From assembly GCA_013265495.1 (NCBI GenBank), contig MU058213.1, positions 248,001 to 312,000 on the forward strand: DNA of 64,000 bases, in the 5' to 3' direction. Of the stretch, positions 26,016-39,292 are shown in pieces. The notes under the pieces were generated by a model. It did no database searches. It was not told the DNA's origin and saw only the letters and a program-made list of their open reading frames with translations. The DNA is from Vicugna vicugna (taxonomy: Eukaryota). Every line of letters begins with the position of its first letter. The stretch's first letter is position 1. Position numbers and translations under genes: made by a program.

Positions 26016-26190
26016 CTGTGGCAGGATTGATGCTTGCTGCAATGTGAAAATGACACAGAGCATTTGCGTGGTGGGAAATGTGTCTCTGAACTTCATGCGT
26101 TGCCATTTGGTCAGGCGTTAATTCAGCGTGAGTTACAAGAACAGAAGACCTCCTTTGTCCTTTTCTTAGATTTTTCAAATGGTGTATTGT
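26016..26190 (-). CDS. DMXL2: DMXL2 exon 9 (175 nt): TIHHLKNLRKGQRRSSVLVTHAELTPDQMATHEVQRHISHHANALCHFHIAASINPAT(D)
   Basis: Acceptor ttttctgttttag, donor CAG|GTAAAG, phase 0/1. Confidence 0.95.
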
Positions 26191-28760
26191 CTAAAACAGA
26201 AAAATAATTACTAACTCCCAAGTCTGGAAAGTCTAATAAATGCCAATCAAAGAATTTTAAGTTACTAAGGATTCTACAAGTTTCCTCTCTGTAAAACCTG
26301 ACCATCTTAAAGGAAATTTTAACTACAATAGAACAATTCTGAGTATATTCTCCATTGGTCTTGTAAATTATAGTTCAAGGCAGCAGTTGCTCAAAAATAC
26401 TTATTAATATTATCTACAGAAACCCCCACTAAAATTAGCAGTCCAAAGTCTAGTTTTTTCAGGATATCCCAGAACTGAGATGAAACTTACTAGTCATAAA
26501 ACTTAAAATAAAAAAAAAAAAAGGAATCCATATCTTCCTACCAGGAAGAGTAGTATTTCTCCCCAAATTTTTCACCTAGAGCTAAACAATAAACTAAAAT
26601 AATCTAATATATGACCTCTATTATAAAGATAAAAAGAGAGTGCAAAAATATACAATGACAAGGGGTATCTACTCAGATAAGAGCAGCCAGGAATAACCTC
26701 ACTTAAGTGTTGACCTATGGGATTTGCTTAAATTGAGACACGTCTCTGTGATAAAAATTCTGCACTGGCATACTCAATCATCTGAACTATCTGCACATGG
26801 GGCCATGTCACTCTCAGCATGACCTTTTCTGCACACTGTAACCCCACCTTCACCACATTTCCTTACTCTGTCACCTAACCCACCCCCAAAACCATGCTTT
26901 ATAATAATATCTCATTCTTTTCCTTTGTTCTTCACATTCAGTTAAGTTAAACGTAGCATCCTCTCAGTTCTTTCTGCACTAAAGTGAAACATCTGGTCCT
27001 TCCTTTCAATTTCCACAGCCCTTATCCCTTTTCATGTGGAAAACAGTATCAGCTCTACAGTGTGTCCACTGCCTCTGGTCTCCTTACTCTGGAGTTGCTT
27101 ATTTCTCTGATTATACGTATCAAATTATTCTCACTCCATCTTTGACATTAATCATTATTTTTAATTAGTTTAGCAAGGCTGGTATAATATTGGCTGGTTA
27201 TTTTCTCTAGGAACAAAGTGTATAACTTAAGCACATACAGAATTATACACACCTTATAGTTAGGAGTTTTGTAGGAAAGGACATTAGAAAGAAAAATAGT
27301 TCGTAAGTCAGATAATTAGGATTTTTCTATTAAAAGCAATTTTAACATTATTAATAACATTATTAAAAGTAGCAAAATGTATCAAATCACTGATTACATG
27401 TTTGGTTACATTTTGGCTTTTATTTTATGTAGCAGTTAGTAATTCAATTTAACAAATACTTGAAAAGCAACTTATTAGGTAACATGGAGGATAAAAAGAC
27501 ATCTAAAAGCCCTTAGTCTCCAAAAACTCATGTAATTTAAAGGTAAAATATGTTACACAAGTATATACAAATAATTAGAAACATCTAGTAAATTAAATAC
27601 TTTATCCCACTAAATTTCAATCAATAGCAAAACAAAATATAACTTTAACTGTTCTGACTTCTTTTTTTAATTTCATGTATGCTTTAAATGTTGAAAAACT
27701 TTATAAATAATGCCCAGTCACAGGCAGTATCAGAGCAGAACTACTTTATATGAAACCTTTAAGGACCACACCCTTGGCCTATCACAAACCCAAAAATATT
27801 TCTGCTTGCTAAAACTGCAAAGCCATTTTTGCTATACAATCATTAAAGTGTCAATGTAAATGTACAAAGTAAGAGTATAATTAGTAATGTAGAGAGATGT
27901 TTGTAACACATCAAGTATAAAAAACCAGTTATAAAACATCACTGTATAAAATGATCTCAATCATTCAAATAAAGGCAAAGAACATATACACACACACACT
28001 AGAATAGTTGGTTTATAAATTTCACATTTTTTTCTTTTTCCTAGACTAACTTAGAATAATCATATTCCTCGTGTAATAAAAAGTCACATGAAAAATCAAG
28101 AAAATCAGTAACCTACGTTTATTATAATAAATCTCTGATAATTTTCAATAATGTTTTTATCTCATTTTATTCCCTAACCATAACGGACACAACAGTTCCT
28201 ACTGTATCATAAATAATCTGATTTCTTAGAAAGCACTTTTATTTCATATATTTTGTATTTAAAAGTTGGAAAAATTATTTCCACTTTCAAAACATATAAT
28301 TGAGTTAAATTTTTAATTTTAATAAGTTCATTTACTATCTTAACAATATCTTTATCCCTAAGGATCATTTGATTGTCATTTTAAGTAAAACAAAAATAAA
28401 ATTTAATCCTCATGAAACAAAAGCAAATTTTTTTAATTGAAAAACAAAATATTTTTAATTATCAATTTCGAGAACTTTTACATGTTTTACTAATCAAAGA
28501 TGCTTACTCTCCTAGAGATTTTCATGTTTGACATGCAAAACGAAAGAAATAATTTATATTATTTTCCTAGACTACAAATCTGAAATCATTACTATCTGTA
28601 TATGGCTTCTACGTGGCATCAAATAAGCAAGAATTCTTTGCTATTAATTTCATTGTTATGTGTACCATGTGCACATGTGCACTATCTGCACCTTAGCTTA
28701 CGAATTCCCACCAGATTCACACTATCTTCAAAATTCGTCTACCATTTTAAATAACAGTAC

Positions 28761-28944
28761 CTCAAGAGCGTGCTGTATTCTGTCTTTGTGCCTTCCAGCA
28801 TGAGCAAGATTGCTGGCAACGCTGGAAGTGGTAGTCTCACAAATCTGCTCACCCAGAAGACAGTCTTCCGGTAATAAGGTTTCTGCCCAGAGCCGGCAGA
28901 CACCATCATGGCATGAAGTCAGTAACACGTTACAGACAGACCCT
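28761..28944 (-). CDS. DMXL2: DMXL2 exon 8 (184 nt): (R)GSVCNVLLTSCHDGVCRLWAETLLPEDCLLGEQICETTTSSVASNLAHAGRHKDRIQHALE
   Basis: Acceptor ctttgttgttag, donor GAG|GTACTG. Inside ORF 28728..29000. Confidence 0.95.
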
Positions 28945-30673
28945 CTAACAACAAAGAGAAACAAACAAAAGTAAGTTACTATGAGGATCAATGCTATCAA
29001 TTAATTAAAGGCTACTAATGCTTAGTTCTTCATGCATAAAGGTTACATTAGTGCAAAACTAACAGTATGATCTATGTGTAGTTAATTTTCCAATAATGAT
29101 AATGGATTTCCACTGATTATTTCACTCTCACCAACCCCCATTTATTACCTGCTCAGACCTGCAAGGTAGCAGGCTGGATACAGGGTGCAATCAATTACCA
29201 TAAAATAAGAACAGCTTAACAGTCCCTTAACACTCACTTTAATTCATTAGAATTATGCCTTGAACAGCTAAACTAAATGACAGTAGAGTATGCTTCCAAC
29301 TGCTTTAGAAATTACGCTGTGGAGAAAGAGTGGTCCATCAAAGAGCCTGAAAGCACACACAGTACTGCTGTGGACATCACAAAAACTAGGAAACAGTCCT
29401 GACAAAGGAAACAGAAATTAATGCCAGATTACACATGTGCTGCTTGAGAACAAGCCTCTGGAGGATTGGTATCTTTTAAACAAAACAAACTAAACAGCTA
29501 AAGAAAACCTAGTCATTGCAAAGTGCAGAACGACCATAATAAAAGATCATTAAATGTAATTAAACTAGGTGGCTTATGGCAAGAGCTGCAGCATTTTGCT
29601 TGATCCTCCTTATAAATAGTTACAAATAGGTAAACAAGTGAGCATATTCATAATAAAACTGTATGGAGAATATAACTTCAAACTGTAAATCAATCTCCAT
29701 TAAGTAAAAATATCACAGCATCAAGCAGCTGAAGTGATTTAACTGCTAACTATGGAAAAATCTCCCATTAAAAAATACTTACATAGAGCCTGACTCACAG
29801 GTAGTATTTTGCAAATGTTTTCAATAGATGCAAATAAGCAGATTGTTACAGTAATCTTTTAGATTCCAAAAATGGATGAATTCCCCAAGTTATTTACCGA
29901 GCACCTCTATAATGTGCGCTGTATTTCCCATTAGGTGTAAACAGTGCTCAGATATATTTAACAGATGAAGTAATCCTCCATCAAGAATGAATAGAGTTCC
30001 AAGAAGCATTTTTAGAACTGTATATGTAATACCGGAACCATCTGTATGGCCTGCTTTGTAGTTTGCTTAATCTTCTGAACACTTTTCAGAGACGCTACAA
30101 CAATGAGGAAAAACTTACAGTAATAAATTCTCTGAGAAGTTTCTGTTGATAGCCCCGATAAGAAAAATCTGGCTACTTCATTCACTGTATCTGATACGCT
30201 TTCCCACCATATGTATTCCTGACAGTTTATTGCTATGGTTTATTTTCCCTCAATGTGTGCTTTCCTGTTCCTTAGAAACGCTTCCTTCCTAGAATCTACT
30301 GCTGCTGCTACGACTGACAACACCAGCTAACACTGCCTGGGATACGCAAAGGCCCGTATAAGCATTCACACGTACCCACACACTTCAGTCTCATATGTCT
30401 CTCTGAGGTACATGCTGGTATTACCTCATTCTACAGAGGCATAGAGAGCTTAAGAAATGTAATCAAAAGTTCACACACCGAAAAAAAAAAAAAGACACCT
30501 GTTAGCATCTATCCCTAGCATAAAAACTGCATGAGAACAAAAGATCTATTTATCTTGTTTGCTGCCATATCCTCAGTGCTCAAAATATGAAAAGAGCTCA
30601 AAATATACTTAAATACATGAATAAATTTTTTTAATTTTTAAAATGCTCACAAAGCTTGTAACAGCAGAATTTG

Positions 30674-30963
30674 TCTTTTGTTTTTAATTTTATTTTTTAT
30701 TGAAGTGTAGTTGATTTATTTATGTTAGTTTCAGATGTATAGCAAAGCAATTCAGTTATACATATGTTTTTTCTTTTCAGATTCTTTTCCATTATATATT
30801 ATTAAATAAGAAATTGAATATAGTTCCCTGTGCTATACATTAGGTCCTTGTTTTTTATCTATTTTATATATAGTAGTTTGTATCTGCTCATCCCAAACTC
30901 CTAATTTATCCCTCCCCTGTCTTTTCCCCATTGGTAACCATAGTTTATTTTCTACATCTGAAC
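30674..30963 (-). mobile_element. 5'-truncated L1 3' UTR inserted in a MIR-like relic
   Basis: ttttttattgaagtgtagttgattta...tatagttccctgtgctatac. TSD aacagcagaatttg (30660-30673) / aacagcaggatttg (30964-30977). Confidence 0.85.
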
Positions 30964-31108
30964 AACAGCAGGATTTGAATTCAGGCAACTGACACCTAGA
31001 ACCTGTGCTCTAAATTGCCACCATGTCAATTAAAAGAACCTTTGTTTTCATTATTTTTATAAACATATAAGTATACCAACTGAAGTTACATTGACACAGT
31101 TGTCTAAC

Positions 31109-31287
31109 CTGGGCATATACTTGCTAGTTTTACGCCATGAAAAACCCGTCACAGCCCGGGGATGTGCCAGATAAACAAAGGAAAACTGGGTAGAAGCCTG
31201 TCTCCTTTTCACTTCATGATGATCCTGAGGTATAATTGAAGACTTCCAACCAGTCATAGGATACCATACTTTCAAAAGACAATCATC
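31109..31287 (-). CDS. DMXL2: DMXL2 exon 7 (179 nt): DDCLLKVWYPMTGWKSSIIPQDHHEVKRRQASTQFSFVYLAHPRAVTGFSWRKTSKYMP(R)
   Basis: Acceptor gtatttttgcag, donor CAG|GTTAGA. Inside ORF 31057..31332. Confidence 0.95.
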
Positions 31288-31711
31288 CTGCAAAAATACA
31301 TAGGTCAACATAAAATTAATTCGTACATACACAATTCAAAATTTAAGTGGTCTGAAGAACCTTTAAAAATTAAGCTATATATTAAAACTAACAGGTGACC
31401 TATATATAGTACAAAACCAAATCTCAAATGATGCTTATTACTCTAAATAATACTATTCTTGAGAAATAAGTGGACAATGTGTCCATTAACAATATTCTTT
31501 ACATCATGGTGGTTTTCAAATAGAGATCGATGCCAAATTCCCCCACTTCAATAAACAAGGGTAGCTCTGAAACCAGATGCTAGCTTGGATGAAATAAGAA
31601 AGGACAGGAAGAAGCCATGTTATCAGTCATTATTATCATCTTCTCCTTTTTGAAGACATCTGAAAGGATGAAACAAATCCTTTTTCAATATGAATTGCTC
31701 CTTACTCTAAG

Positions 31712-31872
31712 TCAGGAACCAGCAAACTTCTGTAAAAGGCCAAGTAAGTAAGGCTTTGTGGACCACAAAGCCTCTAACACAGATTCTTCTTGGGTTTTTT
31801 TTTTTTTTTTCTTTTAACTCTTTAAAAGTAAAAACCATCCTTGGCTCATGGGCCAAAGTTTTCTGATCCCTA
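31712..31872. mobile_element. MER58-like hAT-Charlie element
   Basis: caggaaccagcaaacttctgtaaaaggcca...aggctttgtggacca...aaaaaccatccttggctc...gggccaaagttttctgatccc. Confidence 0.65.
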
Positions 31873-32579
31873 CTTCTAACATGATGAGAAGGCATTTAGG
31901 CAGTTTTCAGGAACCACCTCTATGACCACTTAAGATATTTACAAATATAACAACAGGCACTGACTTTATCACTTTATTTAGTTCTAAGAATTTTGTTAAA
32001 GATCTGAATAATTTTATCTTATTTAAAGAAACTATCTCCTTTATAATGCTTCATCCTCAAAGGTGAAAAGTACATGAAGGAAAATAGTAAAATAATACCA
32101 TTTATGTAAAAATCTTAATCTCTTAAGAAACAATGAAATTACATATTCCTGAAAAATGTGTAAGCCCAAATATTTTCATCTGGACTAGACAAACTTGTTT
32201 TTTTCCATCTTAGTGCTCATGTTCAAACTATACTGCATAATGTATGTTTCCATTAAGGTCTCATTTGGGCATTTGACTTACACAGGAAATCTCTTTAAGT
32301 TCTGACTCTGAAACAACCACTAAACAATGCACTAGTTGCTTTCCTCCAAGTACTTTGCTCACCTGAGCATCATTTTCACCTAACCAAATTTACTCCACAA
32401 ACTATGGCAGTAGTTTCAGAGTATGTACTATAAAAACCCTGGAGGTACCTCAGAGCCTCTGCAAGTCATAAATGGAAGTCAGAAAGCTTCCACACGCAGG
32501 GAGCAATCCAGCCCCTTCCCGCATTTCCACCAGCCTCCACCTCAAATGAACCAGCCCCATCACTTTCATCTGTTACTGT

Positions 32580-35500
32580 CTAAAACCACACAAAATTAAA
32601 CCAGGAAGCAGACAAGAAAGACATCAGGAAAATTCCCAAATATTTGTAAACTAAACAAAACACTTAAATTTGATTTGAACTGAATGAAAACGAAAGCAAA
32701 ATATCAAAATTTGGGGGTTGCAGCTACATTAGTGCTTAGAAGGAAATGTATAGCTTTAAATGCCACGTCAGAAAAGGTCTCAATCAATGGTTTAAGCTTC
32801 TACCTGAAGCATCAGTAAAAGAGCAAAGTGAACACACATTAAAGAGATGTAGGAATAAAAACCAATGAAATAAAATACAAAAAATATAAAGACATCAATA
32901 AATCCAAAAGCTATTTTTGAAGACATTAATAAAATTCATAATCATATAGAGTAATCAAAAGTATTTGGAGAGAAAACACAAATTACCATTATCAAGAATG
33001 AAAGAGGGACAAAGAGGTATCACCTCATACCAGTCAGAATGGTCATCAATCAAAAGTCCACAAATGACAAATGCTGGAGAGGCTGTGGAGAAAAGGGAAC
33101 TCTCCTACACTGCTGGTGGGAATGCAGTTTGGTGCAGCCACTGTGGAAAACAGTATGGAGATTCCTCAAAAGACTAGGAATAGACTTATCATATGACCCA
33201 GGAATCCAGCTCCTGGGCATATATCCAGAAGGAACCCTACTTCAAAAAGACACCTGCACTCCAATGTTCACAGCAGCACTATTTACAATAGCCAAGACAT
33301 GGAAACAGCCTAAATGTCCATCAACAGATGACTGGATAAAGAAGAGGTGGTATATTTATACAATGGAATACTATTCAGCCATAAAAATGACAACATAATG
33401 CCATTTGCAGCAACATGGATGCTCCTGGAGAATGTCATTCTAAGTGAAGTAGAAAGAGAAAGAAAAATACCACATGAGATCGCTCATATGTGGAATCTTA
33501 AAAAAAGAAAAGAAAAAGACAAATGAACATAAATACAAAACAGAAACAGACTCACAGACATGACATACAAATTTGTGGTTGCCAGAGGGGAGGAGGGTTG
33601 GAAGGGACAGACTGGGGGTTTGAAAGCTGTAGATACTGACAGGTATATATAGAATAGATAAACAAGATTATACTGTATAGCACAGGAAAATGTATACAAG
33701 ATCTTGTGGTAGCTCACAGTGAAAAAAGAATGTGACAATGAATACATGTATGTTCATGTATAACTGAAAAATTGTGCTCTACACTGGAAATTGACACAAC
33801 ATTGTAAACTGACTAACTCAATAAAATAAAATTTTTGAAAAAAGAATGAAAGAGGGGACTACAGATCCTGCAAATATTATAACAACAAGGGAATATTAAG
33901 AACAATTTTATCATAATAAATTCAATAATTTCAGTTAAATTCCTTGAAATAAAATTTCCCAAAAATTGACAAAGGAAGAAATATAAAACCTGAATAGCTG
34001 TACATCTATTAAAGATGCTGAATTCACAATCTGAAATCTTCTTACCAAAAAACAAAACAAAACCCTAAAACAACTAAAATGCTAGGCCCAGATGGCTTTC
34101 CTGATGAATTTTACCAAACATCTAGGGAAGAAATAGCACCAATCCTTCACAAATTATTTCAGAAAACTGAGGGAAAGGACTCATTGTAAAGGGCAGTATT
34201 ATTACCCAGATACTACAACCAAAGACATAAGAAAACTGTGCATGAATCTTTTCATGAACAAAGATTTAAATACCTTTAATAAATTAGTAGCAAACCTAAT
34301 CCAGCAGTATATTAAAAAAAAATCATGACCAAGTGGAGTTCATCCTAGCAAAGAAAAGCAGGTTTGACACTGCAAAAATCAATCATTATATTTTATCATA
34401 TTAACAGAATGAAAAAGATTACTTACATAATTATCTCATTATATATAGAAAAAGCATTTGACAAAAGTAAACACTAATTCATAAGGAGAAAAACACTCTC
34501 AGCATGGGAACAGGGAATAGGACAAATAGAAGGGACATACTCAACATGATCAAATCAATCTACAATAAACCTACTAATCATATCATGTGTAATGGTGAAA
34601 GGCAATGTTTTTCCCATAAAACTGGGAGCAATACAAGAATCACTGCTCTCATCGACTCTACTCAACACTGTGCTAGTCCTGGTACTTGCAAAATATTGGG
34701 TAAGAGAAAAAAACTAAAGGCATACAGATTAGAAAGGAAGAAGTAAAACTGTCTTTATTTACAAAATCCTAAGAAACCTACCAAAAAAGGCTGCTAGAGC
34801 TGACAAGCAAGGTCATAAAACTAAGGATCAAAATTCAAAAATCAACTCTATTTCTATATGTTAGCAACAATTGGAAATATAATTTCCTTAAGTATCTTTT
34901 ACATTAGGAAGATAACAAACACTGCTAAGGGAAAGAAAACCTAAATAAAAACATTTATAGATCAGAAGACCAAAAGTAACTGATGTATAATTCTTCCCAA
35001 ACTGACCTCTAGAGATACAATGTAAACACAATCAAAATCACAGAAAGTTTTTTGTAGAAACTGACAATATCTGTGTGGAAATCAAGGCTGACACCACCAA
35101 AAATATTTTAAAAGAAGAGGACAAAGTTAGGTGATTCCCACTACCTGATTTCAAAACTAACTAAAAGGCTACAATAACCAAGATTATTAGCATATTTATT
35201 AACAGAACAAAATAGAGACCAGGAACAGATCCACAAATGTACGGATAATTGACTTTCAACAAAGCTGTCTAAGAAATTCAATGGAGAATGGACTGCCTTT
35301 TTAAGAAATACCACTGTAATATCTTGATATCCCTTTGCAAAAAAACTGACTTCAAATTAAAAAAAAAAATCTCAAAGTGTAAAAGTCAAAACTATAAAAC
35401 TTCTAAAAGAAAACACAGTAAAGTATCTGTGACTTCTGGGTAGACAAAGATTTCTTACATCTAGGACCCAAAAGCACAAACCAATAAAAAAAAATAATTG

Positions 35501-36560
35501 CTAAGTTGGACTTCTTCAAAATTAAAAACTTCTGAACATCAAAAGACACCCAAAAAAATGAAAAGGCAGGCTGGGAGAAAATATCTACGACACATTTATC
35601 TCTCAATTTTGCTAGAATATAAAAAGAACTCTTAGAACTCTATAATAACGAGAAAACCAATCCAATTTTTTTAATGAGCAAAGGACAAATAAACACTATC
35701 AGAAAAAGTATACAATAAGCATGTGCTCAATATTGTTAGACATCAGGGAAATACATATTAAAACCACAATAAGACACAATTACACAACTATTAGAATGAC
35801 TAATATTAAAAAGGCTGACTATACCAAATGTGGGCAGGAAAGTGGAGCAACTGAAACTATTCAATTACTAGTGGGCATGCAAAATGGTACAACTTTGGAA
35901 AGGGTTTGGTACTTTTTTGTAAAGTACCACGTGATCCACTAATTCCACTCCTAGGTATTTTTTACCCATAAGAAATAAAAAGAAATGTTTACAGAAAGAC
36001 TTGCAAATGAATGGTCATGATATATTTGCTCATTTTAGCTTAAAACTCCAACTAACCTAAATATCCATCAACAGGTGAATGGCTAAACAAATTATAATAC
36101 ATTCATATACTATATCATGGAATGGAATATATATGGAATATAAAATGGAATTCAACTCAGAAATAAAAAGAACAAATTATAGATGCACACAAAATGGATG
36201 AACCACAAAACACCGTGCTAAGTGCAAGAACTCAGACACAAAAGAGTACGTACTATACAATTTCATTTACATGAAACCCCAGCGAAGACAAGTCTAACCA
36301 ACAGTGGTAACAGCAGAGCAGCTGTTTACTACCTGGAACTAGGGATGGGAGTGAGGATTAATTGGAAAGAGCTAAAACAAAATTTTATGAGATGACAGAA
36401 CTGTCCTATAACTTGATGGTGGTGATGATTACACAGGTCTCTAAATTTGTCAAAATTCACTGACCTGAACATTTTTAAAATAATTTTATTTTACGTTAAT
36501 TATACCTTTTATGTTAATTACATATAATTACACCATATAAAGTTAATTATAAAAAATAAC
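32580..36560 (+). mobile_element. Old degraded L1 (L1M-type ORF2 to 3' UTR), interrupted by a younger L1
   Basis: Degenerate ORF2 landmarks in order: aggcccagatggctttcctgatgaattttaccaaaca, agaaaaagcatttgacaaaa, gaagtaaaactgtctttattt, aattccactcctaggtattt, tccatcaacaggtgaatgg. Confidence 0.85.
33009..33841 (+). mobile_element. Young 5'-truncated L1 (ORF2 C-terminus + 3' UTR), nested, 15-bp TSD
   Basis: ORF 33039..33398 ([18 protein letters not shown], cysteine-rich domain). TSD aagaatgaaagaggg at 32994-33008 and 33842-33856. Confidence 0.93.
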
Positions 36561-36779
36561 AGGGCAAGATTTATGTACAAGGATATTCATTTTTGATAGT
36601 AATAGAAAAAAATTAGAGCCACTAAATAAATGTTCATTGATAGTTGTCTGGTTAAATTATGGCACATATCCATTCATATGATGGAAAATTATGTCACCTT
36701 TAGAAAGAATAGATGTATGCATATTGACCTATCTATCTATGATACAGTAAGTGAAGAAATCACCTTAAACAATATGTAT

Positions 36780-36780
<1 letters not shown>

Positions 36781-36822
<42 letters not shown>
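36781..36822 (+). repeat. (CA)21 microsatellite
   Basis: Perfect dinucleotide run read directly. Confidence 0.98.
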
Positions 36823-36825
<3 letters not shown>

Positions 36826-38289
36826 CTGTGTGGTTTACAAAGGCACAGAAAAGTCTAAAAGAATATATATTAAATGAGAGCAGTGACTTTGGGGGGGTGG
36901 AAGAGGGAGGGCTATTTGCCAGGGGATTTTCATTTTCTCTGCATGTTTCTCTTAACAATAAATACATATCATGTTTAAAAAGTCATTTCCATATTAAAGG
37001 GGGAATAAAGGTCAATAAGCCAATCCTTAAATAACTGAAACACTGAATCTAGGAACAGACTCGCTCTAAAGGGGATGAAAAGTTTCTGAGAACAGTCTGT
37101 AATCTGCTCCTTCCCTTCCTGCCACAATCACTCTCACAAATTTTTCTCATCCTAGCCCTTAGAAAGCTCAATGTTTTACTCAAAAAAGGTAATCTTCTAT
37201 TAAAGAAAAATGTTCTTGGAAAAAACAAAACTATTTTAAGTAACTTTCAAATTTTAGAAAATAACCAACTGTTACAGTGTTCAGATACAAACTTTATAAA
37301 CTAAATTTATTCATAGTGATTAGAATAATGTATAACCAAAGTTTAGTAAAACAAAATTCATAAAAATAAACTAGATAAACATCTAGCAAGTAAACCAGAA
37401 AAAAAAAATTCTTGAGCTGAAGATTTAATCAACTATGTCTTGTGGGGACAAAGGGCTCTTTAATAAGTAAGACCCTACTTTAAGCTCAAATAAAAAGTGA
37501 AAATACTCTTAATTTACCACACTTACTAAAAATAGATCTTACCACAAAAGTGCTCAATGAAGTATAATATTAAAAATCCTGAAGGTAGTTGGATTTGAGT
37601 CCCCAAAACCCAAAACACCTGAACCAAAATTCTGCCATGTGTAGCAGAGGCGGTAGAAAATGCTTTCTAGTGGCAGATCACAGTTACCATCTGTTTCATC
37701 AAGTCAAACTTGGCTTTATTAACAGCAGAACAGATTGGAGGGAAGAGGGAGCCAACATTACAAAGATAGTTTCTGTTCTTTTTATCAAAAGGATCTTAAT
37801 TAGATGTGGTATCTGAAACATTTGGCTCCTAGGAAAATAGAACATTGAAATCTTAAGAAAATGTGACTAACAAAATATTAAAAATACTCAATAATCAATT
37901 GTTAAGACCGTGTACAATAAAAATTCAGAGAAAAAAGACACTGGCATTATGGGATACACATACAGATCACCTCTGAGGAGCTGAAAATCTCTCATTTTAG
38001 AGGACGTGCTTTTAGACTTACTACTTACTTTTGTCTCAAACACAAATGTATCTTTCAGATTTATCAGGGATGAGAGTTCAGGTAAGAAGAAGATATTCAG
38101 ACAATGAGTAATGATCATCTGACATAGCCCATTAATAGTTTTTAAAGTACCAAGTGACCTTGTCAAAAGACCATATATCCTAAAATGCTCTCAAGGTTTA
38201 GCCAGTTGTGACACACAGCAGAGGCAAACATCACACACTGGGTAAGTAAAGGGAGACAATCAGAAACATTAAGAATATATATATGAGAG

Positions 38290-38559
38290 AGGTCAGCTAC
38301 AAGCCCTGTCATACAGCTAGAGAGACATAAATTCTGCCGATAACCCAAGTGAGCTCGGAAGATGATTCTGCCCCAGCCAAGCCTCCAGGTAAGAATTCTG
38401 CCCCGGTGACACCTTTATTGCAGCCTTCAGAGTCCCTCATCACAGTACACGGCTAAGCCATCTCCAGGCACCTAGCCCACGGAAGCTGAGGTAATCAATG
38501 CGTGGTTTTAAGCTCCTAAATTTGAGGTAACTTGTTATGCAATAATAGAAAACTAATAC
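38290..38559 (+). mobile_element. MLT1-type (MaLR) LTR fragment
   Basis: gtgagctcggaag...gacacctttattgcagcctt...ttttaagctcctaaatttgaggtaacttgttatgcaataatagaaaactaataca is a typical MLT1 3' end. Confidence 0.75.
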
Positions 38560-38918
38560 AGACTCCTAAACATAGTGTTAGGAGTGAAATTCAGGCAGTT
38601 GAAGGGAACAGAAAGTACAGTGGGAGGTGAGATGCAATTTTAAAAGGGGTGCTTAGGGAGAGCCTCACTGAGACAGTGACCCTCAAGGGGAAAAGCCACG
38701 CGGGTCTCTAGGGGAAGGAGTTTTCTAGGTAAAGAGAACAACAGTGCAATAGAAAACAAGGAGGAAAACTTGGAGACAACTAACAAGCAACCCTTTAAAG
38801 GTGCTCTAAGGAGGGCAAAGAAATTAACAGAAGCTGAGAGGGAAGGTCAAAAGATACTTTCTGTTATCGTTGTTTGTTTAAGAGAGGGACCGATTACCAA
38901 ACGTCTGGTATGCTATGC

Positions 38919-39292
38919 TGTAAGAGTCAGCTCACGCTGCCATAACAAAGTATTGGACTGGGTTGCTTAATAAAGAAATGTATTATCTCCCAGTTCTGGA
39001 GGCTCCAAGTCTCAGATTAGGGTGTCAGCATGGTTGGGTTCTGGTGACAGCTCTCTTCCTGGAAGACAACCACCTTCCTTCCATGTCTTCATGTCGGGGA
39101 CAGACAGCAAGCTCTCTGGTGGTATCTTTCTTCTAAGGGTACTATTCCTATTGTGAGGGTCACCCTCATGAACTTACCTAACCTTAATTACCTCCAAAAG
39201 GCCCCATCTCCAAATATCATCACTTGGGGGGTGGGGGTTAGGGCTTCAACATATGAATTTGGGAGGGGGACACAAATATTCAATTCATAACA
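38919..39292 (-). mobile_element. MLT1A-like MaLR solo LTR with 5-bp TSD
   Basis: TG...CA termini. Reverse complement begins tgttatgaattgaatatttgtgtccccctcccaaattcatatgttgaagccctaacc. TSD tatgc at 38914-38918 and 39293-39297. Confidence 0.88.

Noticed and set aside
36630..37034. 134-aa ORF with poly-HT and its antisense poly-VC ORF
   Set aside because: Artefact of the (CA)21 microsatellite within old L1-like sequence.
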